From Sphingobacteriales bacterium (GTDB lineage Bacteria; Bacteroidota; Bacteroidia; Chitinophagales; LD1), in contig JADFDM010000001.1 of NCBI GenBank assembly GCA_018262795.1, forward strand, positions 280,283 to 344,282: DNA of 64,000 bases, written 5' to 3'. The position numbers were made by a program, and so were the translations under genes. The notes below the pieces were generated by a model. It searched no databases and was not told the DNA's origin. It saw only the letters and a list, made by a program, of their open reading frames with translations. Positions 33,004-44,000 of the stretch are shown one piece after another. Positions within the stretch are counted from its first letter, which is position 1; every line of letters begins with the position of its first letter.

Positions 33004-34134
33004 TTATTTTACATCCATCAACTCGGTGTCGAAGATGAGTGTTGCATTCGGAGGAATAACACCACCGGCACCGTTGGCTCCATAGCCAAGACTCGAAGGA
33101 ATAATCAACTTGTATTTTGCGCCTACGCTCATTAGCGCAATTCCCTCATCCCATCCTTTAATAACTTGCCCTTGTCCTAAAACAAAAGTAATAGGCTGGT
33201 TGCGGTCATAAGAGGAATCGAACTTCTTGCCGTCTGCTAAGGTTCCGGTGTAGTGAACCGATACTGATTTGCCGGCCACTGCTTTTGCTCCTGTGCCTTC
33301 CTTTTCAACCACATAATATAAGCCACTGGCAGTTTTCTTAGCGGTAGGATATTGTTTCTTCACTAAGTCCTCAGCAGAGATGGTGTATTTCTTATCTTCT
33401 TCTGCTTTTGCAGCAGCAAATTCAGCTACCTTTTTCTTTAGCAGTTCATCCTTCTTCGCCCAAACAGCCGCAGCATCAAAAGCTTCGGCATCTTTGCCTA
33501 CGCGAATTATATTCACTCTGCTCATCACCTCGCCATCGTTTATCTGGCTAACGATTGGATAGCCTTCCACTACATGACCAAAAATGGTGTGCTTATAGTT
33601 TAACCATGGAGTTTGATTTTCTGTGATAAAAAATTGTGAGCCATTCGTGCCGGGGCCGGCATTGGCCATGGCCAACAATCCTACCTGATCAAACTTTAGT
33701 GAATAATCAAACTCATCACCAAAGGAATAACCGGGGCCCCCTTGTCCTGTACCTTGAGGGTCGCCTCCCTGAATCATAAAGGGCTGTGGGGTGTGAATGC
33801 AGCGATGAAAGGTAAGCCCATCATAGAATGGCGTTCCCTTTGGTTTTGCAGAGTTATCAATTTTGCCTTCGGCCAATCCCACAAAGTTGGCTACCGTTAC
33901 CGGTACCTTTTTGTATTCTAAGGAAAGCACGATGGTTCCTTTGGAGGTCACAATTTCGGCATACAAGCCGGGTTCTTTCTTCCAATCGTTGGAAGGGGCA
34001 GCGGGTTGATTTGTTTCTGTGGTAGTCATTTCTTGGGTACCTGTTTCGGTTTTGTTTTCTTTCGCATTGCAGGAACTAAACATTCCGGCAAAAAGCGTAA
34101 GGGTTAGTAAAAGTGATTTTCCTGATTTGTTCAT
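33004..34134 (-). CDS. Lipoprotein peptidyl-prolyl isomerase, cyclophilin + FKBP fusion
   Basis: Lipobox FSSC. Cyclophilin [11 protein letters not shown] and [40 protein letters not shown] and [10 protein letters not shown]. Confidence 0.95.
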   Translation of the reverse strand: MNKSGKSLLLTLTLFAGMFSSCNAKENKTETGTQEMTTTETNQPAAPSNDWKKEPGLYAEIVTSKGTIVLSLEYKKVPVTVANFVGLAEGKIDNSAKPKGTPFYDGLTFHRCIHTPQPFMIQGGDPQGTGQGGPGYSFGDEFDYSLKFDQVGLLAMANAGPGTNGSQFFITENQTPWLNYKHTIFGHVVEGYPIVSQINDGEVMSRVNIIRVGKDAEAFDAAAVWAKKDELLKKKVAEFAAAKAEEDKKYTISAEDLVKKQYPTAKKTASGLYYVVEKEGTGAKAVAGKSVSVHYTGTLADGKKFDSSYDRNQPITFVLGQGQVIKGWDEGIALMSVGAKYKLIIPSSLGYGANGAGGVIPPNATLIFDTELMDVK

Positions 34135-34247
34135 GATAGTTGTTTTTGTAGTTTGTTTTGGAAGTAGTGGTTGAAATCTTTAAACGCTTGTTTGAGGTGT
34201 AGTGATTTCTTTAAGAGCGGTAAAAATATCTTTCTCTGTGTAAAGTT

Positions 34248-35273
34248 TTAGTTAACAGTTTCGAAATTGATACTGCTTAGTTTCTCTAAAAATTTCTGCT
34301 CTGTTTCTTCCAAGTTCAACAGGCTCTTTCCGCCCGCTGCATTTCGGTGGCCACCCCCTTCAAAGTAAGTGCGCGAAAAGGTGCTCACATCTATTTTGCC
34401 CCGTGAACGAAACGAAATTTTTACTCGATCGGGTTCTTCGCTAAAGTATGCGCTCATCAAAACGCCTTCAATTTTAAAGGGATAATTGACCAGTCCTTCA
34501 CTATCGCCACCTTGCAAATTGAATTTTTTGATTTCGGCTTGGGTTACCAGCATATAGGCTACTTTGCCATCGTTTACGAGTTTTAACTTCTCGTGCAGGC
34601 AATACCCAAAGAAACGCAAGCGAGTTTCTCGAAAGATGTTGTTTATTTTCTCGCTCACATAATCGGGGCGTGCACCTTTCTCTAATAATACGGCTGCTAC
34701 CCGATGCGCATTGGGAGTGGTATTGTTGAACTGAAAGAAGCCATTGTCGGTAGCCAGCCCTACATAAAGACATTCTGCCATCGGCTGATCTATTAACGCG
34801 GCATCTTCCAAATCACAAATAATATCGCACACCATTTCAGCGGTAGAGCAATACTTCGTATCACTAAAAACAATGGAGGCGAAATCTTCCGGCTCTAAGT
34901 GGTGGTCTATCATCACTTTCACGGCTGTGGATTTATTAATCAGCATAGCCATATTCTCTAAGCGCGACACGGCATTGAAATCAAGACAAAAAATAACTTC
35001 TGCCTCCGCTATTAATGCCTCACTCTTTTTCCATCCTTTTCCATTTTCGCAGACCACAATCGTCTCGGTACCCGGAATCCATTTGAGGTTGGTAGTAAAA
35101 GAGGTAGGCGAAATAAAGTTTACCGTATGTCCCTTTTTCTCTAAATAAGATTTCCATGCCAGCGAAGAGCCTAAGGCATCGCCATCGGGATTGCGGTGTG
35201 AAACAATGACCACTTTTTTAGGGCGGCTTAATAAGTCTTTTAATGACTGGATGGCAATAGGTGGAAATTTCAT
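34248..35273 (-). CDS. nrnA: DHH-family bifunctional oligoribonuclease/pAp phosphatase
   Basis: SHRNPDGDALGS, CLDFN, IDHH, ATDNG.F, ISFRS and GGGHRNAAGG motifs. Confidence 0.92.
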   Translation of the reverse strand: MKFPPIAIQSLKDLLSRPKKVVIVSHRNPDGDALGSSLAWKSYLEKKGHTVNFISPTSFTTNLKWIPGTETIVVCENGKGWKKSEALIAEAEVIFCLDFNAVSRLENMAMLINKSTAVKVMIDHHLEPEDFASIVFSDTKYCSTAEMVCDIICDLEDAALIDQPMAECLYVGLATDNGFFQFNNTTPNAHRVAAVLLEKGARPDYVSEKINNIFRETRLRFFGYCLHEKLKLVNDGKVAYMLVTQAEIKKFNLQGGDSEGLVNYPFKIEGVLMSAYFSEEPDRVKISFRSRGKIDVSTFSRTYFEGGGHRNAAGGKSLLNLEETEQKFLEKLSSINFETVN

Positions 35274-35411
35274 GGAGCGCGAATGTGTTAAATAATTATT
35301 GACTCTCAAAACGGTGACATTTCTGAAGCCTGAACGCTACCTCCTTCTTCCTGCCATCAAAATCTTGCCACCAGTTGTTTTTTATTTCCGCTATCTATTA
35401 TCTTTATTGCA

Positions 35412-37655
35412 TTGAAAGTACTTTCCTCCATCTTGTTTTTTTTAGGCGCTTACTCCCTCAGCTTTGCGCAACTTACCGGAACGGTATCGGGTTATGTGAC
35501 GGAGGATGGTTCGGCATTAGAACTGGCCGGTGTAGCGCTGCTCAAAACGGAGTATGCCACCTCGGTGGATTCCAACGGCTATTTTAGCATTACTGCTCCA
35601 CCGGGTAAATACCAGTTAAGGGTGTCTTATGTCGGCTATGAAAATTTTCAAACAGAAATAACGATAGTGGGAGGGGAGAATACCCCACTGAATATTTCGA
35701 TGATACCGCTTACTTCAAAACTCAAGGAAGTGGTGGTGACGGGAAGTATGAAGGAAGTGCGCAAGTCGGAGAGTGTGATTCCGGTGGAGGTGTACACCAT
35801 GAAATACTTTAATCGCAATCCGGTCAATAATCTGTTTGAAGCGCTGCAAAATGTGAATGGATTATTTGCCGATGTGGACAACGGGGTAGCTAATACCAGC
35901 GATGTGCAGATGAATGGGTTGGAAGGGAATTATACCATGTATTTGATAGATGGGGTGCCCGCGCTGAATGGCTTGGCGGGAGTGTATGCGCTCAACGCTT
36001 TCCCGATGAGTATTATTGATAAGGTAGAGATATTAAAAGGCGCTTCCTCGACCTTATACGGCTCTGAAGCCATAGCCGGAGTGATAAACATTAAAACCAA
36101 GAACCCGGAAGATATTCCCAAGTTCAGTATGAATGTATCGCTCACTTCAATGCTCGAAGCCAATGCCGACTTTGCGGTGAAATACAAGGTGGGAAAAACC
36201 AATGCCATGCTGGCGGTAAGCGGGGAGAGTTTCAACATGCGCTGGGATCTTAATAATGATGGCTTTCTGGACATTCCGTTAATAAACAGTGTAAGTGTGT
36301 TCAACAAATGGAGTGTGCCGCGAGCCGATCATAAAGTCACTAATTTCTACCTCCGGTATTTATATGAAGATCGCTTTGGGGGTGACAAAACGTTGCCGAG
36401 TGCATGGAGAGGAAGCAACCGCTATTACAGCGAGGCCATTACTACTAACCAATGGCAAGCGGGGCTGCAATGGGCGCTTCCCGTAAAAGAAAATATTTTG
36501 TTTCAGGCCGATTATAGTGAGCATCGCCAAAAGGCTTACTATGGGTTTCATCGCTACCACGGCATACAAGTGAGCGGCTTTTCGCAACTCACCTGGCGCA
36601 AAAAAGTGAAACAACTCACTGAGTTTTTGGTGGGGGCGGTCTATCGCGTTAGTTACATGGAGGATAACTCGCCTCTATCTTCCGATTCGCTCACTGGTTA
36701 TAAGCGCTTGGCGCATCTTCCCGGAATTTTCTTCGACAACGAATGGTATATTGCCAAAGGGCATGTGCTTTCTATTGGTGCGCGTGTAGATTACAGTAGC
36801 CGAAGCAAGTTTGTAGCCACGCCTCGCTTTAATTATAAGTGGAACTCGAAGAACGATAAAAATATGATTCGCTTGGGAGTGGGCACGGGTTACCGGGTTC
36901 CCAACTTGCTCAATGAAGGATTTGGGGCACTCAACGGCTCGCGAAGTATTGTGGTAGAAGGAGCGCTAAAGCCGGAGTATGCGGTGAATGCCAATTTGAA
37001 TTACACTCGTGTGCAGGAACTGAAAGGAGGGCTGCTTAATATGGATGTGTCGGGTTTTTATACTTGGTTCTCAAACTACATTGAGCCTGATTATGAAACA
37101 GACCCTACCTTAATAATTTATAGCAACAATAAGGGCGCAACGGCTGCGGGCTTTAGTGTGAATGCCGACTTTACTTTTAATTATCCGCTAAAAGTAGGCA
37201 TCGGGTTTACCTACACCCATGTATTTGAGATAGATGAAAATGATGAGGGCGAAATTGAAAGAGAGGTTCCGCTGCACCAGCCGCCTTTTGTGGCGAACTT
37301 CTTTCTGAGTTATAGTTTCCCGGTTCCGCAGTTGAGTATTGACTGGACGGGCAATTTTGTAGCGCCCATGAAACTGGCGGTAGTGCCCGATGATTATCGC
37401 TCTCCTAAATCTCCATTCTTTACTATTCAGAATATTCAACTGACTAAGAAATTTAAGAAGGGAGTGCAATTGTACCTCGGACTGAAAAATATTTTCAACT
37501 TCATTCAGAAAGATCCGATTTTACGACCTTTCGATCCCTATAACCGCGACATTGCCAATAACAATCCCTATGGCTATCACTTTGACACCACTTACGGATT
37601 TACCACTACGCAGGGCATTAAAGCATTTGTTGGGTTCCGATATGTGATTCCATAA
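35412..37655 (+). CDS. TonB-dependent receptor (TTG start)
   Basis: CarboxypepD-like N-domain, EVVVTG, GLEGNYTMYLIDG, and IDKVEILKGASSTLYGSEAIAGVINI plug. Confidence 0.92.
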   Translation: MKVLSSILFFLGAYSLSFAQLTGTVSGYVTEDGSALELAGVALLKTEYATSVDSNGYFSITAPPGKYQLRVSYVGYENFQTEITIVGGENTPLNISMIPLTSKLKEVVVTGSMKEVRKSESVIPVEVYTMKYFNRNPVNNLFEALQNVNGLFADVDNGVANTSDVQMNGLEGNYTMYLIDGVPALNGLAGVYALNAFPMSIIDKVEILKGASSTLYGSEAIAGVINIKTKNPEDIPKFSMNVSLTSMLEANADFAVKYKVGKTNAMLAVSGESFNMRWDLNNDGFLDIPLINSVSVFNKWSVPRADHKVTNFYLRYLYEDRFGGDKTLPSAWRGSNRYYSEAITTNQWQAGLQWALPVKENILFQADYSEHRQKAYYGFHRYHGIQVSGFSQLTWRKKVKQLTEFLVGAVYRVSYMEDNSPLSSDSLTGYKRLAHLPGIFFDNEWYIAKGHVLSIGARVDYSSRSKFVATPRFNYKWNSKNDKNMIRLGVGTGYRVPNLLNEGFGALNGSRSIVVEGALKPEYAVNANLNYTRVQELKGGLLNMDVSGFYTWFSNYIEPDYETDPTLIIYSNNKGATAAGFSVNADFTFNYPLKVGIGFTYTHVFEIDENDEGEIEREVPLHQPPFVANFFLSYSFPVPQLSIDWTGNFVAPMKLAVVPDDYRSPKSPFFTIQNIQLTKKFKKGVQLYLGLKNIFNFIQKDPILRPFDPYNRDIANNNPYGYHFDTTYGFTTTQGIKAFVGFRYVIP

Positions 37656-38090
37656 GACATTCTTTTCTGGTTTAGGAATTCTCCCCGCTTACTATCTACT
37701 GATTACTATTGCCTATTTACTCGTTTCACCACAAGGATCACAAAGGTAGATGCACAAGGAGCACGAGGAGTTTCCCTTGCGTTCATCGTGTATTCTTGGC
37801 GGCCTTACTGGTTCATTATTTTTTGTTGCGAGAGGAGGACTTTTGCTCCCTATTTTGCAATCATCTCATTGGCTTGCCAGCACAGCAGCATATTATTTCA
37901 TCCACCAATTACATGCTGAAACGATGTAGGTAAATAACGCTATTCGCTATAGTGTTAAGCACCCTACTTGTATTAGACACTTACCGCCTCATTTCTACAT
38001 GAAAACTGCTACTAATTCTGGCGAATTCGGAATTGGGGATGATGAATTAAGAATTACTCTGCACTCAACACTCAAAACTCTCATCCCGTT

Positions 38091-40535
38091 CTACTTCTGC
38101 ATTTTTCCCACCCAGAAATCGAGGCGGTAATAGAAGAGCGGCAGAAATCCTAATTGATACACCTCTTTACCGGGTTCTTGCGGACTTACATACTGCAACC
38201 GCAAAATGTTTTTTTGGAAAGTGATGTTCACCAAGTCAATGCCTACTTCATGCGTAAAGCGTTTGGTATTGCAGCGGTAGTTCAACTTAATATCAAAGCG
38301 AAAGTAGGGCTTAAACTGTTGCGCATTGCGCAGCGAATCAATCACTACGGGGTCTTCGTGCTGCTGGCTCAAAAGAGTGTCATAGGGGGTATAGCGCTGC
38401 CCGCCACCGAAAGTAATCTTGCCGCCAATGCCGATAGTGTTCAGTCGTTTTTTGCCCCACTTAAATTCCTTGGTGCCGAGCGCGTTCATCATATACTGGC
38501 CATTGAAGTCACTGTTATACCACTTGCCGTTGCTTCCTTGCAGGCGCGAGTCATACACCGAGCCGCTGAACATAAAGAACCAATTATGCGTAAAGAATTT
38601 TTCGACAGTAATCTCTAACCCCATATTGCGCCCCAGCCCTTTGTTAGTGAGTTTTGAGGGGAAAAAACGATCGAAGCCGCTGCCCTCATTCAGCATGTTG
38701 TAAGAGGTAGGGTTGGTATCTACCGGCAAGCCCCATAGTTGCTGAAAGTACAGCTCCGCCTTTATGCGAACATCTTTTTTGAAGAACACATCATAACCGA
38801 TTACTGCATGGAAACTGTGCATAAAATCTAAGTTCTTGTTGTACATATTCCCCGCATCATCCTGCACGAAATACTGATACACGGGCAATAACTGCGAGTG
38901 AAGTCCGGTGCCAAAAGCCAGCGACTGGTTGGGTTTAAACTGCCACTTGATAGAGAAGCGAGGCTCCACACTAAAGTGATTGTTCAGTGTGAAATATTGA
39001 GCGTGGAGACCGATGACGGTAGAGAGTTTTTCACTCAGCGCATATTTCCATTGTATAAAAGGTTGAATGAGCAAATGGATACCATCGTGAATATCTAATC
39101 TCTTTTTCCACCTAAAATCGGGCACATCTATATTCAAGGCCGGCTCCAATAAAATGCTATCGGTAAAGTTGGGTTGATACATATCGGTGCTAATGCCATA
39201 GCGAATAGCACTGCGGGCACTTAGTTTATCGTTGCGCAAGAAAGAAAGCGTGTATCGAGTATTCAGGAGGAAGTAGTTGAGTTTATTGTACATGGTATCC
39301 ACTACAAAATTTTCAGAAGTAGAATCAACGTGCCGAAGCACGCGATAAAAGTTATCCTTGTTGTATTGAGTGGAAGCTGCCAGCGATACCTTTGAATAAG
39401 CGTGGTCGTTCACCAAGTGCATATAGGTCATTCCCAAGATGCCCAACCCCGCACGGAAGTATTCGTCTTGGTCTTTACTGGCATATATGTCGCGCGATTC
39501 GGGCTTTAATTTATTGCTGGTGATAAAATCAATTTGCGAATACCCGCCAATGGCAAAGAGCGAAAGGTTGTCGCCATTTTTCATCGGGAAGTTAAGTTTG
39601 AATTGAAGATCCTGATACTTGGGGATAGCATCGGTGCCGATGTCAATTCCCAATTTCACCAAACCCTCCAGCGTGGCGTAGCGGTAATTGAATAGATAGC
39701 TCGACTTCCCTTTTTTACTGAAAGGCCCTTCTCCGAAAACTTCGGCTCCCAACATTCCCAACTGGGCAGTAAATTCATGCCGCTCGTTGTTGCCTGTTTT
39801 AAAACGAATGTCGAACACTCCTGCAATCGCATTGCCAAATTCAGCAGGGAAAGCTCCGGTCAGAAAATCCGAAGTGGTGAGCATTCGGTCGTTCAGAATA
39901 GCTACACTGCCGCCTGTGGCTCCTGCAATAGCAAAGTGGTTAGGATTGGGAATCACCACATTGTCCACGCGGTATATCACCCCGAAAGGAGAGTTGCCGC
40001 GTATCACCAAATCATTTCTCGAATCATCGGTGCCCGAAACGCCTGCATAGTTAGAGGCCATACGCGCAGGGTCGCCTCGCGAACCGGCATAGCGCTCCGT
40101 CTCTTCTACCGAAAAAGCGCGGGCACTCAGTACCGCCATCTCATTGATGGTTTCTCCTTTGCGCACTCCCGATATTTCTACCGCCTTTAAATCTTGTATC
40201 GCACTTTCCATCTCAATATTCAGCACCACTTCTTTTCCCGAATTCACCAATACGTTGGGAATAAATACGCGCTGATATCCTAAATAAGAGGCCGATAAGT
40301 TGACCCGCCCCACCGGTATTTTCTCTAAGCGAAAACTGCCGTCTTGTTGGGTCAGGCTGCCATTCAGAATAGTCGAATCTTTCAACACGGCCACGCTCAC
40401 CCCTTCTAAAGGAGCATTCGATTCCTTGTCAAGGATAGTGCCCCGTATAGTTTGGGTAATGGTTTGAGAAAGCAGTGAGGAGAAACTGCCGAGTAATAAT
40501 AAAATGGGGAGAAGATGTTTACCGAATGATATCAT
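38091..40535 (-). CDS. TonB-dependent receptor (CarboxypepD_reg family)
   Basis: QTITQTIRG, SARAFSVEETERYAGS.GDP.RM, IRGNSP, FLTGAFPAEFGNA and YFRFDIK motifs. Confidence 0.9.
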   Translation of the reverse strand: MISFGKHLLPILLLLGSFSSLLSQTITQTIRGTILDKESNAPLEGVSVAVLKDSTILNGSLTQQDGSFRLEKIPVGRVNLSASYLGYQRVFIPNVLVNSGKEVVLNIEMESAIQDLKAVEISGVRKGETINEMAVLSARAFSVEETERYAGSRGDPARMASNYAGVSGTDDSRNDLVIRGNSPFGVIYRVDNVVIPNPNHFAIAGATGGSVAILNDRMLTTSDFLTGAFPAEFGNAIAGVFDIRFKTGNNERHEFTAQLGMLGAEVFGEGPFSKKGKSSYLFNYRYATLEGLVKLGIDIGTDAIPKYQDLQFKLNFPMKNGDNLSLFAIGGYSQIDFITSNKLKPESRDIYASKDQDEYFRAGLGILGMTYMHLVNDHAYSKVSLAASTQYNKDNFYRVLRHVDSTSENFVVDTMYNKLNYFLLNTRYTLSFLRNDKLSARSAIRYGISTDMYQPNFTDSILLEPALNIDVPDFRWKKRLDIHDGIHLLIQPFIQWKYALSEKLSTVIGLHAQYFTLNNHFSVEPRFSIKWQFKPNQSLAFGTGLHSQLLPVYQYFVQDDAGNMYNKNLDFMHSFHAVIGYDVFFKKDVRIKAELYFQQLWGLPVDTNPTSYNMLNEGSGFDRFFPSKLTNKGLGRNMGLEITVEKFFTHNWFFMFSGSVYDSRLQGSNGKWYNSDFNGQYMMNALGTKEFKWGKKRLNTIGIGGKITFGGGQRYTPYDTLLSQQHEDPVVIDSLRNAQQFKPYFRFDIKLNYRCNTKRFTHEVGIDLVNITFQKNILRLQYVSPQEPGKEVYQLGFLPLFYYRLDFWVGKMQK

Positions 40536-40567
40536 CAGCTCTTCATTATTTTAGAGAGAGAGAATAC

Positions 40568-40966
40568 TTATTCCTTTATCAATTTTACGCCATCAATAAA
40601 GTAGTTGGTTTCGCCCTGCCACGGCATGGCTTTAATTTTCTGTTTATAATGAAGCATTACTTTATGTCCGCCTAATTGCATCAGCGTATCGGCTATGGCT
40701 TGATCATTCACCGAAAAGTGCCATATCTGATCGCTCTGCGCGGTGGAAGGTACATTGCCGATACCGCCCATGTTTAACTCGCCTTCATAAGTCTTGAAGC
40801 TGAGTCCTTCTTTTGAAAACTTGATGAGTACCCCGGAGAGATTGCCCTCACTGTAAGTGAAATTCAAGATTAAAAAAGTGACGAGAAGTCCTACAAATAA
40901 GAATCCGATGAGGTAATACAGGATTTTCTTAAAGAACCCTTTGACAGTAGATTTTTTTTCTTCCAT
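40568..40966 (-). CDS. Conserved single-pass membrane protein of unknown function
   Basis: One TM helix followed by YSEG..SG.L.KFS.EG..FKTYEGELN and V.LHYKQ...PWQGET.Y. Confidence 0.75.
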   Translation of the reverse strand: MEEKKSTVKGFFKKILYYLIGFLFVGLLVTFLILNFTYSEGNLSGVLIKFSKEGLSFKTYEGELNMGGIGNVPSTAQSDQIWHFSVNDQAIADTLMQLGGHKVMLHYKQKIKAMPWQGETNYFIDGVKLIKE

Positions 40967-41010
40967 GTGGTGAATTTAGGTAAACCGAAAATAGGATATT
41001 CTAGGTATAA

Positions 41011-41044
41011 AAGCCGAAAAGCAGCTCGGGGAGAGCTGCTTCGG
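41011..41044 (-). terminator. Intrinsic terminator after the SprB-repeat gene
   Basis: Stem aagcagctc/gagctgctt with a minus-strand T tail. Confidence 0.75.
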
Positions 41045-41070
41045 TATTGAAGGAAACCGGATATGGAAGT

Positions 41071-44000
41071 TTAACGGATCAGTGTGATTGATCCTTTGTA
41101 ATCAGATTTTGAACCATCTATAAAAACAGTTTTCATGAGGTAGATGTAAACCCCGTTTTCAGAAGGGCTGCCTCGATAGCTGCCGTCCCAAGTAAAGCGG
41201 GGGCTGTTCGTCTCATATACTTTCTCGCCCCAGCGATTAAAAATTTGGAACTCGAAATATTCCACCGTACTCATATCACCATATACTTGCAGCACATCAT
41301 TATTGCCATCATTATTCGGTGTAAATGCGTTGGGCACAAAGAGGGAAGAAACAGCTTTTACTTCAATAGCTACGGTGTCGGTAGCGCTGCACCCATTTTC
41401 ATCTTTCACCAGAAATGTATAGGTGGTAGAAGAGGAGGGGATCGCTTGTGTTACATCGCAAGAGGAACACTGCATGCCAAAGGAAGGCGACCATGAATAA
41501 GTGTTGTGGTGATCTTCGCTCGCCTGCCCGGTTAAGGTAATTGCCTGTCCGGCTGTGGTCGTTTGCGAAGCATTAGCTTGAGCGGTTAAAGTGTAATCAT
41601 ACAGCACCTGATAGCTGGCCGTTACGGAGCAGTGATGAACGTCATTCACGGTCACGGTATAGATACCTATGGCGAGTTGCTCAATAGTAGCTGTGTTATC
41701 TCCATTACTCCAGTCGTAGCTGTAGGCCGGGGTTCCGCCAGCAGCAGTCAACTGAATATTTCCGTTGCTCACTTCGGGGCACGAAGTAGGGTGAACCGCT
41801 GCTTGCAGCATTAAAGGTTGGGCTTCGCTCACAGTAGCACTCTTCGTCAAACTGCATCCGTGAACATCTAACACCGTGACGGTGTAGGTGCCTGCATCCA
41901 GGTCGTGAACAAATTCTGCTGAATCATTTGTGCTCCACAGATAGCTGTAAGGAGGGGTTCCGCCCGATACGCCCAGATGCACCGCCCCACCGGTTCCGCT
42001 GCAACCTGCCGGGTAAGTGAGCGCGTTGGCGCTAAACTGCTGGGGCTGATTCACGAGGATGTTGGAAACCACTTTGTGACAGTGCTGCGCATCACTCACG
42101 GTAACGGAATAGCTGCCGGCTGTTATATTGGATAGATTTTGAGAAGTAGCAGTGTTGCTCCACTGATAAGAGTAAGGAGCTGCTCCGCCCGTTACACTTA
42201 GGCTAATAGTGCCTTCGTTGCCGCCATAGCATTTTACATCACCGGTGCTATCGCTTATAATAATAGCCGCAGATTGATAGATGGTCGTTGAATTAGTAGC
42301 GGCACAGTTGTTGGCATCGCGCACCAACACATCATACACTCCTGCGGGAACTTGGTGCAAATCTTGCGACCCGGCTCCGGTATTCCAAGTGTATTGATAA
42401 GGGGCAATGCCCCCTGAAACATTCAAATCAATTTCTCCCGTAGGGCTGCCGTTGCAGGTAACATCGGTTTTGCTGATGGTGGTATTTATCGGAGGCAATG
42501 CGGCAATGTTGATGCTTTGAGTAGCGGTGCAATGATTGGCATCGGTCAATATCACAGAATAGTTTCCGGTATTCAATTGGGTGCGGTTTTGGGTGGTAGC
42601 GCCATCCGACCACAACAGGCTATATGGCATAGCGCCTCCGCTTGCTGCGATATTTATAGAACCACCGCTACCGGCACAAGCATATGCAGTATGAGTTTCG
42701 CTCAGGGCAATAGCTGCCGGTTCGGTGATAGTAACTGACTTTTGAGCCGAGCAATTATTGCCGTCTGTGATGGTAAGGGTATAAGTGTTTGCCGAAATAT
42801 TTTGGATGCTTTGAGTAGTAGCGCTGTTGCTCCACTGATAAGTATAGCTGCCGCTACCACCGGTTGAGGTGATGTGGATGTTGCCATCGGAACTTCCGTT
42901 ACAGCTTATGTTTTGATGTGTTTCTGTTATTTGTATAGCCGAAGGTTGAGCAATAGTAGCTGAAGCAGTGGCCTCACAGTTGGTGGCATCGGTTACGGTG
43001 AGGTGATAAGTATTGGCAGTTAAGTTGCCGATGTTTTGGGTAGAAGCAGCATTGCTCCATTGATAGAAATAAGTATTGCCGTTCAGTGGAATGCCTCCGC
43101 TTACTGCGGTGCTAATGACCCCGTTGGCTCCACCAAAGCAGGTAGCATCTGTTACGCTTAGTGCCACCTGAATGGCCGGTGCCTGATTCACATTTACCGA
43201 AGCGGTGGCTACGCAAGAGTTGCCATCTATTACACTCACCGAGTAGTTACCTGCGGGAATGTTACTCACGTCTTGGGTAGTAGCTCCGTTATTCCAAACA
43301 TATTGATAAGAAGGGATTCCTCCACTTACGCTTAGGTTGATACTTCCGGTGTTGGAGCCGCTACATCCCGCATTAGTCGTAGTAGTGGTTAACTGAATCG
43401 CAGAAGGCTCAGTTACGTTCATTGCCTTTGAAGCTGAACAGCCGTTTCCATCGGTTACAGTTACGGCAAAACTACCCGAAGAAAGTCCGGCTATATTTTG
43501 TGTAGTGGCTCCGTTGTTCCAGTGATAGGTATAGGTTTCGTTGCCTCCGGTGGTCAGGGTTTGTAGGCTGCCGTTTGCTCCTCCTTGACATGAAACATGG
43601 GTGATGGTTTCTGCAATACTGATAATCGCAGGTTCTGTTACCATAGCAGAAGCAGTGGCCGAACAGCCTTTGCTATCAGTTGCTGTGACTGCATAAGCCC
43701 CTGCATTCAGTTGGCTGATGTTAGCGCTGGAAATTCCGTTGTTCCAGCTATAAGAATAAGTGCCGTTGCCTCCGGTGGCAGAAGCCGTTAAACTACCGTT
43801 GTTGCCTCCGTTGCAGCTAACAGGAACCATCGAAATATTGACAATTACTGCTGCGGGTTCATTGATAATCACAGAGGTAGATGCTCCACAGTTGTTTGCA
43901 TCCGTTACGTTCACGGTATAATTTCCGGCAGGTACATTGGCAAGGTCTTCATTTCCCGAAGCGTTACTCCAAGCATATAAATAAGAGCCGGTGCCTCCGC

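Noticed and set aside
33004-34134. Cyclophilin-FKBP fusion (and the SecDF fusion) as novelties
   Set aside because: Both architectures are already known in Bacteroidota.
35310-35411. Riboswitch (cobalamin or TPP) upstream of TBDR genes, also checked at 50115-50236
   Set aside because: No conserved riboswitch boxes are visible and the leaders are short.
37709-37933. 74-aa ORF between the two TBDR genes
   Set aside because: TTG start and runs through the 9-mer repeat hairpin; no coding signal.
40568-40966. 6-phosphogluconate dehydrogenase label that I recall being attached to this family
   Set aside because: 132 aa with one TM helix and no Rossmann motif; it cannot be that enzyme.
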